A DNA stretch of 64,000 bases from Ascidiella aspersa (lineage: Eukaryota), in NCBI GenBank assembly GCA_963924565.1, contig OZ004612.1, forward strand, positions 8,928,001-8,992,000, read 5' to 3'. Shown in pieces: positions 52,846 to 64,000 of this stretch; the stretch's first letter is position 1; each line of letters begins with the position of its first letter. Under the pieces are notes generated by a model. That model worked only from the letters and a program-made list of their open reading frames with translations, did not search any database and was not told where the DNA came from. Position numbers and translations under genes: made by a program.

Positions 52846-53236
52846 CCAGGACTGCAGAGTCGGTTTGAAACAACTTGAATCCGACTCAGGCCAAAAAGTA
52901 AATTCATGCCCGACCCTATACATATATTACCCAACTCTTTGAGTACCTTTGACTTAATAGCACTCTATTCCACCCTTCCCATTAACCAAAATAAGGAAAA
53001 CATATAGCAATCCACTAATAATTGGGCGTCAAACAACTAACCAATCCACATAACGTTGGTGGAAAATATTCCACACTTTGCCTTTGTGATTTACAACTTG
53101 TGGCCTAATCGTTTCCGGGCGTGGTACTGCACATGCCGAAATCGGGATTCGTGTAATCTCAAGTGGTCTTACTCCCGAATACCGAATCCAATTCTTGTCA
53201 ATAAAACCGATGCCGTCGAGTCCCGAGTCTAAATCC
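52846..53236 (+). mobile_element. CAGGGCTG/GAGTCGG-family non-autonomous DNA element, degenerate
   Basis: CAGGACTGCAGAGTCGG start. Internal GGAAAATATTCCAC and GAGTCCCGAG are shared with 63450-63950 and, inverted, with 53668-53860. Confidence 0.6.
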
Positions 53237-53295
53237 AAGTATGCAAAATTTGCGTTTAACATATCGGATTCACGCATTGTTCTCCATGTTCTTAG

Positions 53296-53432
53296 TTCAC
53301 CAAGGAAATCTCAAGATCGGATTTTTACCGACTGCTGATGCTGCAAAACATGGGCGGAATTTATTTGGACCTTGACGTAATAACCTTGCGAAGCTTTGAT
53401 CAGCTTCGGGTTTATGAGGCATGCATGGGAAC
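53296..53432 (+). CDS. Glycosyltransferase coding exon 4 with the catalytic DXD (SDFYRLLMLQNMGGIYLDLDV)
   Basis: SDxxR..GGIYLDxD is the hallmark of GT32 (A4GNT/A4GALT/Och1-like). Acceptor TTCTTAG| and donor AC|GTAAGT, phase 2. Confidence 0.92.
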
Positions 53433-53667
53433 GTAAGTTACCGGTACTTTTAGTTTCGTTTGGCGTTTTCCTTTCTCGTTGTCATTATATACGAGTTTAT
53501 TATTTCTTTATGAAAAAATTAAAAATGTAAGTGTGGCAATTTTAAAAGACAAACAGTATTTACCCTTTTTTAGGTACGTTTTCTAATAAAATTTTGTTAA
53601 ATTTTAACGACTTTGAAATTCCTTTTTCGCTTAACCAAATTTCCCAACCTTACTTTATCAGTTCAAA

Positions 53668-53860
53668 GCAGGGCTGGGGAGTCGGACTCGGGACTCGAGT
53701 AAGACCTTGTAAAACTACCCGAGTCCCGAGTCCGACATGCGCATGCACACTACCGAATTTTAAAACTGATATGGCCACCAAATGGAAATTGTAAAGGTGG
53801 AATATTATATGGCGGAATATTTTCCAACCATGTAATGTGAGTGAATGAATTATTCGACAA
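53668..53860 (-). mobile_element. Same CAGGGCTG/GAGTCGG family, opposite orientation, followed by the hAT MITE at 53871
   Basis: CAGGGCTGGGGAGTCGGACTCGGGACTCGAG. Its reverse complement aligns by eye to 53045-53235. Confidence 0.65.
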
Positions 53861-53870
53861 CCCTATAAGT

Positions 53871-54362
53871 CAGTGATTCCCAAACTTTTTCTCTCGCGTA
53901 CCATTTTGAGCTTTTGTACAGTGTTCATGTACCACTTAAGTTAAGCCTACATCTGACTAGAATATCTCAAACTATAGCTATTTTAGCATATAAGAAAATG
54001 AGCATGTAGCTGTATTAAAGTTTGACATATGTCATTCCAAGAAGACATAAAAGCCATAAATTAAACAAAACACAGCAAATAGTTTTAATGCGATTTATGT
54101 AGTTGTTTTTTCTCCACCAGCTGCTAACAATTAACGTTTTATTTTCCTGAACAACATAAGTGTTACGTCATAAACAAGCGAAACCTCAACTTAAAGGTAA
54201 CTAAAACGCAAGATTGCAAATTACCCAATCTGAAAGTTTTCAAAGTTGAAAGTTTTCGGAAATGTATACAGATGCTTTGAAAATTTTATACGTAGTCGCG
54301 TACCACCTGAAAGACTCTCGCGTACCACCGGTGGTACGCGTACCACAGTTTGGGAACCACTG
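53871..54362. mobile_element. Non-autonomous hAT (Charlie-like) MITE, 492 bp
   Basis: TIR CAGTGATTCCCAAACT / AGTTTGGGAACCACTG. Perfect 8-bp TSD ctataagt. CGCGTACCAC subterminal repeats. Confidence 0.95.
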
Positions 54363-54895
54363 CTATAAGTGGATCGGTGAATATCCACCTTAATTTAGTC
54401 ACGTAAATTGGTTAAATACAGGCTGTAGAGTCGTCTAAAGCTTTGGTAGTAAGAAACGCATAGATAATAACTTAACTCCCTATCATGATGACCTACGGGT
54501 TGTTTTGATAATGGCATTGTCTTTACAGACAGTTTAATATGATTTCAATTGTAAAACAATTTTATTGTAACTATATGAGGCAAAAGTACATAATTTATAC
54601 CAGGCGAACAATAAACGAAATTATACATTTGTCAAGCAATCGGGGGTTTATCCTGCTTTTCTTGCATTGTTGTTTGAAACGTTTGTTTGGTATATTTTTT
54701 CGTCTATAGTTGCAATAATATTGCCATGTAGAATATTGCCCGAATAGGTGGTCGACACGTTAGAAGCCTACATAATAACATTTGCCGGAAAACAGTTTTA
54801 CAATTGAAACAATGCCTGACAGCAACAGTGCGTGTTCGTTTAAACGGATTTGCTTAGAATCCTAATATGCTGTAAATGCAAACGTTTCTTTTCAG

Positions 54896-55349
54896 CTCGG
54901 TCACAGACAGTCTGAGCAACGGCATTATCATGACAATGGCCGATTGTGATTTCATAAAGCGCTGGGTGCAGGCGTACCGAAAGCTGAACACCAAGAACTT
55001 TCTCACCTGGGGCATCAAGGTGCCCTTCGAGCTCTACAAGGAAGACGGCGGTGTTAACGTTCACGTTGAGCAGTACACAATCAACCGGCCCAACCCGTAC
55101 ATCGACAGCAAGTTCTCAACCACCAGCGACAACTACAACCTGTCCGAAAATTTCTTTCTGCACATTCACCCCTACTACCATGGTAAGCTGCAAGCCGAGC
55201 ATGTGCTCAATGCCCGCGAAGAGCAGTTGCGCACCATGGACAACACGTACGGCGCCGCGGCACGGGTGGCCCTCTTTGGCTCCGAGGACCTCGTCTTTCT
55301 CACCGGCGAGACACCGTTTAAAAGAAAGCGGTCAAAACTCGTAACGTGA
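54896..55349 (+). CDS. Glycosyltransferase coding exon 5 (final); total ~382 aa, GT32 / alpha-1,4-glycosyltransferase-like
   Basis: Acceptor TTTTCAG|. NGIIM..FIKRW..Y..W pattern of this family. TGA stop. Phase matches exon 4. Confidence 0.88.
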
Positions 55350-56127
55350 AGCTCGTATGGCATAGGTGCCTTCTTGTCGGTTCGGACACTGCACAGCGCC
55401 ACCCGAAGCACTTTTCGTGTCTCGGTCCCACAGGCGGACCCGGTTTTTGTCCCGCTGGAGCCCTGAGACACTTTTACACCAAGGTTTCTTGACCAAGGGT
55501 GCGAGGATGCTGAATTAGACACAGAAAATTTATTACTGTAATTTGTTTCTTACCTCAGTTAAACGTAAAACTAACTCACAGTTTGGTATTGCGTTACTGT
55601 GTTATCAGGTACTTGCATGGGAATTAAATTAGAATGGTTTTGTTATTTGCGCAGTTCTGGAAGGGGTTGGAGAATTGGTTGTTGATTTAAAAGGGGTACA
55701 GCAAGAAAAAAGATACATTACCACTGGTTTAGACTGTTGGTTTTTATTTGTAGAAAATTAAAAATAAATAATAAGCTTCAGATTATGGAAATCCTTGCAA
55801 TGTTGGCCTTGTGGACTTTTCACTCAGAGAAAATCAATTTATGACGTTAAAAACAGTAAACTAGAACTTCCATTGTAGGCCTCCTTATTGACACGACCGC
55901 TTTCGAAAATGAACAGAACGGCGACAGCTATAGTGTTGTATTTTTTATTATAAACTTACATGATATATCGTTAAGATACTCGTGGTTAATCATTTGCGTC
56001 ATATAATCAATAAAATCTTTAGGAAATCGGCCTATTGACACACGAACCTATGCAAAGCAGGAAATGGTAAACAATTGACAAAACGCGGTGGGTATTTGGT
56101 AGTTTTGCCATACTGATAGCCAGCTCG

Positions 56128-56520
56128 CAATGTTGTAATTACTCAAGTCAATGACTTGTCTTGACTTAAATCATTTGGGAAAAATCACTTTACTCGATTT
56201 AAGTTTTTCGGGCAAATCACTTGACTTGGGGTGGGGTGGGGTGTTTCCATTAAGCATGTTTTTTTTTATAAAAATGGGTTATTTATCCTAATTTTTATAC
56301 ACAAACAATTCGCTTGCGGTACGATATGCTGCGTTTTTTTAGTGAGATCGTAATCGAGACAGCTTACAATTTTTAGTAGTTTAACGTTGACATTTTATTA
56401 CTATAGGACTTGGCTTGAAATTGATTTGCTATAATTATGAGTTATGACTTGATTAGGACTTGACTTGTGATTTATTGAAAAAAAATGAAGTTGGACTTAA
56501 GTTATTTTACAAATGACTTG
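56128..56520. mobile_element. Degenerate CAGTGTTG/GACTT-family MITE
   Basis: CAATGTTGTAAT start and multiple GACTTG repeats at both ends. Confidence 0.55.
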
Positions 56521-57648
56521 GAAAAAAATTATTCTGTGTGTGTTTTAATTAGTAAATGTTAACATGACGATTAGTCGTTTTGCTATTACAAAGTCGGTAA
56601 AACACCACGTCGTTTCTATTCTGGCGGTAAAAGCTTTCAAAATGCAATAAATCATTGTGAACATAACAGTGTTGAAATACAGATGGTTGAAATTTATGAG
56701 TATTCTATGTTTAAATGTAGTCATGCGTTTCCTTACATTTTCTGTAGTAGCATAGAATACTTACAAAACGCTAAAATTGTATGATTCAGCTAAAATGAAC
56801 TAAATCAACAAAAATATGCCGGCATACGATGTGGCATTTTGTGGACATTTCTTTGAAACGATTTTAAAAATTTTTTGACAGTTTTACAGTAATTCATATA
56901 TTCATTTATTTAACTTCAGTACCGGTCCGGTGGTACGGTACCTATAATATTAATATGTACATACGATTTTATATCAGTAGAAAGTAATATAAAATCAATA
57001 TTATTCTATTACCAGCTTAGTAAAACTAAGTTAGTAAATATAATTATAAACAATAATCATCATCGCTTTTTAAAATTCCAGAGGGTGGCAAGTCCCCCCG
57101 TAGGGTCGCCCATGGTAAGAAACAATAAATGTTGTCCGTACAATACAGGGAAGTCGTGTAATTTTCCTGTCTGAATTTGTGCAGGCGGGGCACAACAGAG
57201 AAGAGATTTTTAAGCAACCGTTTTTAGTTTGCTCACATGATTTAATGCAATGACACACACACACCTAATTTTAAAACAAAGGTTAAATTGTCAAGCCGTA
57301 GCCTGTACAAAAAATGTTACTGATACTTAAAAAATTGGTGTTGCAAACCCAAAATCTGTGTGAAAAGTGACATGAAGTGCAGATTAGCCTGTACAGTATG
57401 ATTGTGTGTTCTTTTGTAATTTTAGTAGATCTTTTGTCACATTTTTTAAAAGTTTAAGGAAATTGCAGTAGAGATGATAACTTTTTTTATTGAAATTGTT
57501 GTAAACCTAGCATACTCTAAATGAAACATGAATGTACCATTCACATAATATTAATATACCTGCAGTAGAATTACAAATTTGTAAAGGATTTGTACCTTTA
57601 GTTTCTTAGGTAGTGGTATATAATCATAAAGGTTAGGTAGCATTCACA

Positions 57649-57783
57649 ATGTCCAATGGCGAACTCCTATCGCATGGAATCATGCTGTGTTTCCTGTGCG
57701 TTGGCTTTTATACATTGCTTTTGGGATATGATGAAAATCAATGCAAAATGACCTACATGTATAATCCGCCAGAATATGCAAAG
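57649..57783 (+). CDS. PGAP1: PGAP1 exon 1 (N-terminal TM plus ENQCKMTYMY)
   Basis: Hydrophobic anchor followed by the CxMTYM motif of PGAP1/Bst1. Donor AAG|GTTGG, phase 0. Confidence 0.9.
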
Positions 57784-58258
57784 GTTGGTTTGATATTTCC
57801 AAGTGAGATTGCTGTAAATAAAGTACATTTTATTAATAGGGTTATAATTTATAAGACTGAACTTCTGTTATTTTTGTGCACTCAATCTACAATATTTATA
57901 TTTGCGTTTGCTGCGAAAGAAATTCATCTGGTTTAAAGTTATTCGGAGTTGATTATATGTAAATGTTTTTATAATGGCTGTCATCGTTTATTGCGAAAAT
58001 GCAACTTACTTTTTCCTTTTAATGTTGGTTTTACATCCAAAAGTGTAAAGTTTGACGTAGAAACTATTTTACAAATTACCTTACATTTACTGAAGCACAT
58101 AATTAAAATATTTTTTTACCATGGTTTATACCTGATTTTCCTTAGTATAATTATGTTTTGGCATGTTCAATTTGGTCAACTATAAACAGTTTTAAGGTTA
58201 AAACCTTATTTATTGTTTACCATTAACCAATGCCTGACAATTGCTCACCAATTTTTAG

Positions 58259-58408
58259 GTTCCTCTTGAAGATGAAGTAACCGAGGCATTTCCAAGGTAC
58301 AACCTCTATTTGTATGGGGAAGGACACTATTTTCAACAAGTTAAAAGTCTTGATCTTAGTGGTGTTCCTGTTTTGTTTATTCCGGGCCAAGGTGGAAGTT
58401 ATAAGCAG
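58259..58408 (+). CDS. PGAP1: PGAP1 exon 2 (..YNLYLYGEG..GVPVLFIPGQGGSYKQ)
   Basis: Matches the PGAP1 LYLYGEG and PVLF(L/I)PGxxGSYKQ motifs. Canonical AG/GT, 150 nt. Confidence 0.95.
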
Positions 58409-58732
58409 GTCAGCAAAAATTATTTTTTTTACTACATATAATTTTTTAATATTTTTTGGTTTATTTCTTATTTATTTTTTTTTATTCTTTATCTAATACA
58501 ACAAGCATCCAACTTGATAATGAATTTCAAAGCCATATAGGTCAAGTTGATTAACATAATTTTGATTAATACTTTCGATACGTACTTGTATTATCTTCGA
58601 TTAAACTTTGTGCGTCTTAATCAAGATAATTAAGCTTTGAAATTCATTATCATGCAGCTACATTATTTTAGATCCATGCATAGTGTACCCAAACATGCAT
58701 TCAAGTTTGTGATTTTTCTTTAACCTTTTTAG

Positions 58733-60999
58733 GCTCGCTCAATTGGTTCTGTGTTGCTTTGGAAACACATCAACAAGCCAGGAATTAACCATTTTAACGT
58801 CTTCACTCTGGATCTGAACGAAGAACTGGTGGCATTTTACGGTGGGACCCTCCAAGCTCAAACAGAATTCCTCAGGCACTGCATAGAGAAGATCTTATCC
58901 TTGTACAAAACAACTGAAAACAAACCGAAGTCTGTTGCAATTGTTGGTCATTCCATGGGTGGAATTCTTTCAAAGGGAGTTTTCACGCTTAACGGTTTCG
59001 ACCCAACCAAAGTGAGCACCATTGTAATGCTAGCAACCCCAAACTTATCCCCGGTCTTGAGTGTGGACTCGCTCATAGCCGGTTACTACGAGAGGGTAAA
59101 CTCCTTCTGGCGTAAAAATGCCCAACAGCTGCAAGACGTCAACATTGTATCAGTTGGTGGCGGCCCGAGAGACTACCAGGTGCCAACCGCCTTGACCAGG
59201 CTCCCCCTTAATAGCAGCTCCAATACGTTTTCCACCATCGCCACCACAGTACCGAGGGTACATGTCTCGACCGAACACCAGACCATAGTCTGGTGCAACC
59301 AGCTTGTGCTTGTCACTGCCCGATTTTTTATTGACCTCCTGTCGCAAGACACTAAGCAAATCACTACCGACGTGGCGCAGCGCACTAGGGTTATGGATTT
59401 CCATTTCAGGCGGAACCCTGGTTTTGATGTTGTCCCCAAAAGCGACAAGCCGAAACTAGTGCGTCTATCAAAGTCCCATGCCTGGAACGAGGTGCACAAC
59501 GATCGCTGGTCGATGAACAAGCTCGAAGCGGGGCCTGGTACATACTTTAGCTTTTCGATTGACCGCTTCTTGGAGCAGATTTCGTCCCATTTTGTCGCTC
59601 GCACTGACAGCCCTAAGGAAAAATGGATCCTGGCCTGTTCCGTCGACGAAACCGGCGCCTGTCAGCAGGCCACCGACCTTTCGGCTCAAGGCACTTTGAC
59701 CGACAAATACAAGATCATCCACCTGGACTTGGTCGAAATGAAAGAGCGCGGATTTACCCACGTGCTTTTTCCAATGACCAAGAACTCCAAAGCAAACATC
59801 CTGGACGTTAACGTTTTATCTGACGGCGAGTTAAGCGCAAGCGTTACGGTACCGCATGTTTTCTCGAACCTATGGACTTACAACAAGGGCGCAAGCCACA
59901 CGCTAGAGTCTGGCGGCTCGGTTGAGGACAGGTTCTACTACCGCGTAACGCTGGAAGGGTTTCAGAACATCTATCAGTCGTTTAAGATCTCGATGGCCGA
60001 TTCAGGCGCCAACCAGCTGCTCAAAATGGAGGTGCCTTGGGATGAAGGCCAGACCATCTACGGATCCGGCAGCATTTTGGCCGGCCTATACAGCGGCCCC
60101 ACCGACTTGAAACAATCGGCAGTGCTGCATGTTTACGCAGACGCGGGTGACCATAAACCGCCGCGCTTTAACCTCAAAGTCGACTTCTTTCAAGTTCTTG
60201 GCAGCCTGGTTCGCTTTTTTGGCGTGTCATTGCCCGTCTACGTTGTCTGCAACATTTTGCTTACCTACTTTTACATGGTCAACCAGATGCAGCTCGCCAA
60301 GCCTTGTCACTCTATCTGGGACGCGCACAACCTTACCGCCAAGCCCTACAAGATTCAACCCTTCATCAGCCTCTTTAAGTATTTTTATACCACTTTTGCA
60401 CTGTTCTCTTCGGGCTGGACGGTTGCCGGGCTTCCCCTGCCCGACTCTATCACGATGGAAAACGAAAACCAGACGTGGTTCACATTCGCGCCCCTCGTTC
60501 TTTTCCTTTTTGCGTTTGAGCTCTTCTCTGTGACCAGGATCATCCAGCGCCTTATCATGGTCATCATTACCCCGCTTTTGCTGCGACTCTCAACCCTAGC
60601 TCCCTTCGCGCTGCTCACAGATTCGGCGACGGCGCGCTTCGTTCTCCACTCCGTTGTGCTCGCCGCCGCAGCCCAGCAGTTCAGCTCGCTAGCCTTCCTC
60701 TATATCGCCGCCGTTTCATTCTGTAACGTCTGCCTGCTGCGCAAAACCGCGCTTGACAACCCGGCGCCGCCTCCGCCGCCTTTGGACGTCCAAAAGCCCG
60801 CGGAAGGCGGCGAGGACGAATCGGCCTCCAAAGAGGAAAGCAGCGAGGCCGCCCCGAACCTTTCACCCGCCAAGAAGGAGCCGGATCCCACTTCGCCCGA
60901 GGACGACACCTTCTCGGTCAACTACCTTGTGCTGCAGATGTGGATTTGGCTGGCTCTCTTCTCGCTGCCCTCTCTCGTCGTGCTGCTCGTCAACTTTAG
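58733..60999 (+). CDS. PGAP1: PGAP1 exon 3 (2267 nt): alpha/beta-hydrolase domain, luminal domain and TM helices
   Basis: Begins ARSIGS. Lipase motif GHSMGG at 58946-58963. GGPRDYQVP and STEHQTIVWCNQL motifs. Donor AG|GTTTGT, phase 2. Confidence 0.95.
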
Positions 61000-61439
61000 G
61001 TTTGTGTGGATTTTCGTGTTTAGTTTAAGCATTTAAACACTCAACAAAAACAAAAACTGACAACGATTGCGTTTCAACGGTGCTGGTCATATGCTTGTCG
61101 GCCAACGACAATCTACACTACATTGCTTTTAAAGAACAGACAACATTATATCGACTAAATATAAGCAACGATTTGCACAAATTTTTGTTATTAAATTTAT
61201 AATTTTAATTTTGCTACAAACTTTAACACATTTCGGTTTTTTGAAGTGCACCACCCAATTTCTCATTTTCAACGTTTGAAAAAACTGGCACGCAGTTAAA
61301 CTAGGTTTTACTAATTTATTTTATTGCCCGATAACTAACTTTAAAGTTAACTATCGCGGGCCGGATATTAAATTTTGTATCGAGTTTTAACAACTTGATT
61401 ATCGTCGTTAAACGAAGGAGATCCAAATAGCTATTTTAA

Positions 61440-62140
61440 AAAAACCGTAGTGATCCTCACCAAATTGTCGTTCGGTTAAATTTTCAGCGATATTTAGTTC
61501 GGAATTGCTTCGGACACCATTTCCAATGCATTATTTGTTAATAAGCGCAAATAAGTCGGGGGCCGAATCATTTAGGTGAAGGCAAATCTTGTCGGCATTT
61601 TATAGACTCAAGTAAAAGTTTATTTGACACTTAACCCTTGTCGCAGTAGGAGTTTTAGGTATTACAACAGTTTTAGTTTTGTGTTTAAAATTTATTTAAG
61701 TTTAAATATAAATCCGCTAAGTCAATGTGTAACTAACAAATTTTTGGCACACTGATGGTACCTGGAGTCTCAGATTGAATCCGATCTTTGCAGATTTCAC
61801 TAACAAAGTTTTGAACTCGCGAACTTTATTCAACGTTAAGAAAACATAAAAAAAATATTAATAATTTCCGTGCAGATCATTATAAATTGTCGTTCGGTTT
61901 AAAATTTCACCGAAATTTAGTCTTCGGACAACATTTTCACTGTATTTTATGTTAAGAGGGGCTAGGGCAAATAAGCCGGAGGCCGACACAATTAGGTTTC
62001 TAGGCAAAGTTTGTAGTATCGATCTCAAATAAAATGTTATGAAAATAAATTAATTTTTAAAGAAAATAGTTTAACTAAAAACTAAACGTTTTTGCACTGA
62101 ATGTATTTAGACTCTATCTCAACACAAGATTTGTGAAGTC
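61440..62140. repeat. Diverged ~420-bp tandem duplication in PGAP1 intron 3
   Basis: AAATTGTCGTTCGGTT..CTTCGGACA..GCAAATAAG..GGCCGA occurs at ~61462 and again at ~61884. Confidence 0.7.
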
Positions 62141-62290
62141 ATTTCTATTGCAACGTCAGGTTATGACGTCATTTTAAAAAAAATTGCCTGCCCTGGTTCA
62201 GGCTATGCAACAATATTTTTTGGGGGGTCCGCCGTAAAAAAAGTTTTGGAACCCATGCTCTAACTTTATCCAACGCCTTGTCTCGCGCAG

Positions 62291-62534
62291 GAACGAAGGG
62301 GCTCTCCCCAGCGACCCCATGCTGCCCCAAGCCGCGATCGCGTCGGTCATCTTCGTGGCGCAATCGGTCTACCCAACCCACGATGGTATCGTGCGATCCA
62401 AGGTGGCTTTCCTCTCCTGGTTGAAGATGCCTCTCCTCGTGTTAATGGCTCTCATCTCCAGCCATTCCTTTCACAGGGCGCCCTGGTTCATTTTGGCATT
62501 TCTCGGCTTTCATTCCCTTTGCCAGATTGTGTAG
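62291..62534 (+). CDS. PGAP1: PGAP1 exon 4 (final TM helices); total ~931 aa GPI inositol deacylase
   Basis: Acceptor TCTCGCGCAG|. The phase puts it in frame with the hydrophobic ORF at 62319-62534. TAG stop. Total length is typical of PGAP1. Confidence 0.85.
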
Positions 62535-63032
62535 AATCGCTCGTTATTTGTTTTGTTTTTGATTTCGGCTGCTTTGGAGTCCTCCTGCTGTTGTTTACGA
62601 CTAAATTAAAGCGCCCTTGCGTTTTCTTCAATATATGCGATCACGTTCTTTTCTGCAGTATATTTGCGCGCGTGATTTCCTCCTCAAATATCGGACGGAA
62701 AATGAAGCAAAAAGACGTTTCCGGGTTTCTTTCTGTTTTTACCCAATTTTGGTTTATCGGTAAAAGGGTTGTTTTTTTACTAAACTAATATTTGCAGTCA
62801 TTTTGCATGCCAGATTTTGTTTAAGGTGGTCCATTCGACAGGAAAAGAATGGGTGCTATTTAATTGGCCAAGCAGTTTGTTGTTATATCCATTTATTTTT
62901 CGTCTTGAAACTTGCATGTTTAATTTGATACTCGGCGGTTTTAATTAAATAATTTTCAATCCTCGAAAACGAACTGCTATTTTTCAGATAAAAGACTATA
63001 AATTAGTAGCGAACGACCAACCATGTTTAAAG

Positions 63033-63370
63033 CAGTGATTCCCAAACTGTGGGCAGCGTCACACCAGTGTGCCTCAAGAGATTGTCAAGCGCGAAACGTT
63101 TTTGTAATTTCTGAAAAGAGAGCATTTGTATTACCCATAGGCATACCCGCAAGCATTTTAGACTTAATTACGCACTATTCATTACAAATTAATAGTTTTG
63201 AGACATTTACTTATAGCAGTGCTTTTCAACCTTTTTCTGGAGTGGAACCCTATGGAAACGTTCCACTGGCTCGAGGAACCCCAGTGTTGTTCTGTTAAAA
63301 GTGTCCTGCGAAATAGTTAAGATTTGAGATTTTTAGTGTGCCGCGAGCCAAAGAAGTTTGGGAACCACTG
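63033..63370. mobile_element. Non-autonomous hAT (Charlie-like) MITE, with a nested fragment of another hAT end at ~63217
   Basis: TIR CAGTGATTCCCAAACT / AGTTTGGGAACCACTG. Perfect 8-bp TSD gtttaaag. Confidence 0.93.
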
Positions 63371-63449
63371 GTTTAAAGTTTCAATGAGAAAAGTCCGATC
63401 TTAAGAAAACAGTTTGCGGTAATTTACTTCTGCGTTAACATTGCTAATC

Positions 63450-63950
63450 AGGTCTGCCGAATTGGTTTAAAATAACCGGAGTCCGATTCGGGCCGAAAAA
63501 GTCCATATTCAGCCAAATTAACTGACTCTGTCGAGTCAGGTGTCCATCTCTGAATTCATTCCCCTGGATTCCAGTTATTGCTAAGGACGTGACTTAAAAT
63601 TGACTTGCTCTAATTACGACTTGACTTGCGGAACTGATGACTTGGAATTAACTTGTTATTTTACAAATGACTTGACTGGGACTTCAGTCATTTCAAAATG
63701 ACTTGTTTACAACACGGGTAATAAACACATGATTGTGCCACACAACTCACCCAACCGCATAACTTGGATGGAAAATATTCCACCCTGCTATTCCACATTT
63801 CTCATTGACACTGGGTAGCTTTACCGCTGCCGAACTTGCTAATAATTAAGCGCACGTCGGACTCGGTATTGAATTATTCTCGTATCCTTACTCCAGCCAA
63901 ATAAACCTCCTCTCTCGAGTCCCGAGCCCGGCTCCTACTCCGCAGCCTTT
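63450..63950 (+). mobile_element. CAGGGCTG/GAGTCGG-family element with a nested GACTT-family fragment (~63590-63716)
   Basis: Similar to 52846-53236. Ends CTCGAGTCCCGAG..ACTCCGCAGCC. Internal AAATGACTTGTTTACAACAC. Confidence 0.6.
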
Positions 63951-64000
63951 TTACTAACCACGCGTATTGGCCATTCAAAGCAAGAAGTTATATTTTAATT

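Noticed and set aside
59150-61028. Alternative-frame and antisense ORFs overlapping PGAP1 exon 3
   Set aside because: These are by-products of GC-rich codon usage in the real CDS.
11630-62171. Eight perfect TGACGTCA palindromes
   Set aside because: They exceed naive expectation, but several lie in introns or repeats and the word may be over-represented genome-wide. Not claimed as functional CREs without a background count.

Overview
Eukaryotic, intron-containing animal DNA. An invertebrate chordate such as an ascidian is plausible from the compact GT-AG introns, the CRIP exon layout, hAT-type MITEs and abundant TGACGTCA, but this is inference only. Most of the supplied ORF track is noise. 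Three spliced protein genes can be rebuilt by hand with consistent splice phases in the right half. (1) A 4-exon, 81-aa single-LIM CRIP gene (- strand, 38672-43726). (2) A 5-coding-exon, ~382-aa type II membrane DXD glycosyltransferase of the GT32/alpha-1,4-GT type (+ strand, 50329-55349). (3) A 4-exon, ~931-aa PGAP1/Bst1 GPI inositol deacylase (+ strand, 57649-62534) with one 2.27-kb exon. The left ~37 kb has no recognisable protein gene. It alternates CpG-rich, motif-dense islands with AT-rich spacers and MITEs, and includes a ~1.14-kb unit present three times in tandem (29072-32947). The most interesting signal is a predicted unannotated - strand Pol II unit at ~11470-13064. It has a textbook TATA(-30)/Inr/CArG promoter, a plausible 159-nt intron, a run of hairpins whose G:U pairs only work on the - strand, a chain of short ORFs with overlapping stop/start codons, and seed matches to several deeply conserved miRNAs. 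All of that unit is prediction from sequence inspection; nothing was searched or computed.
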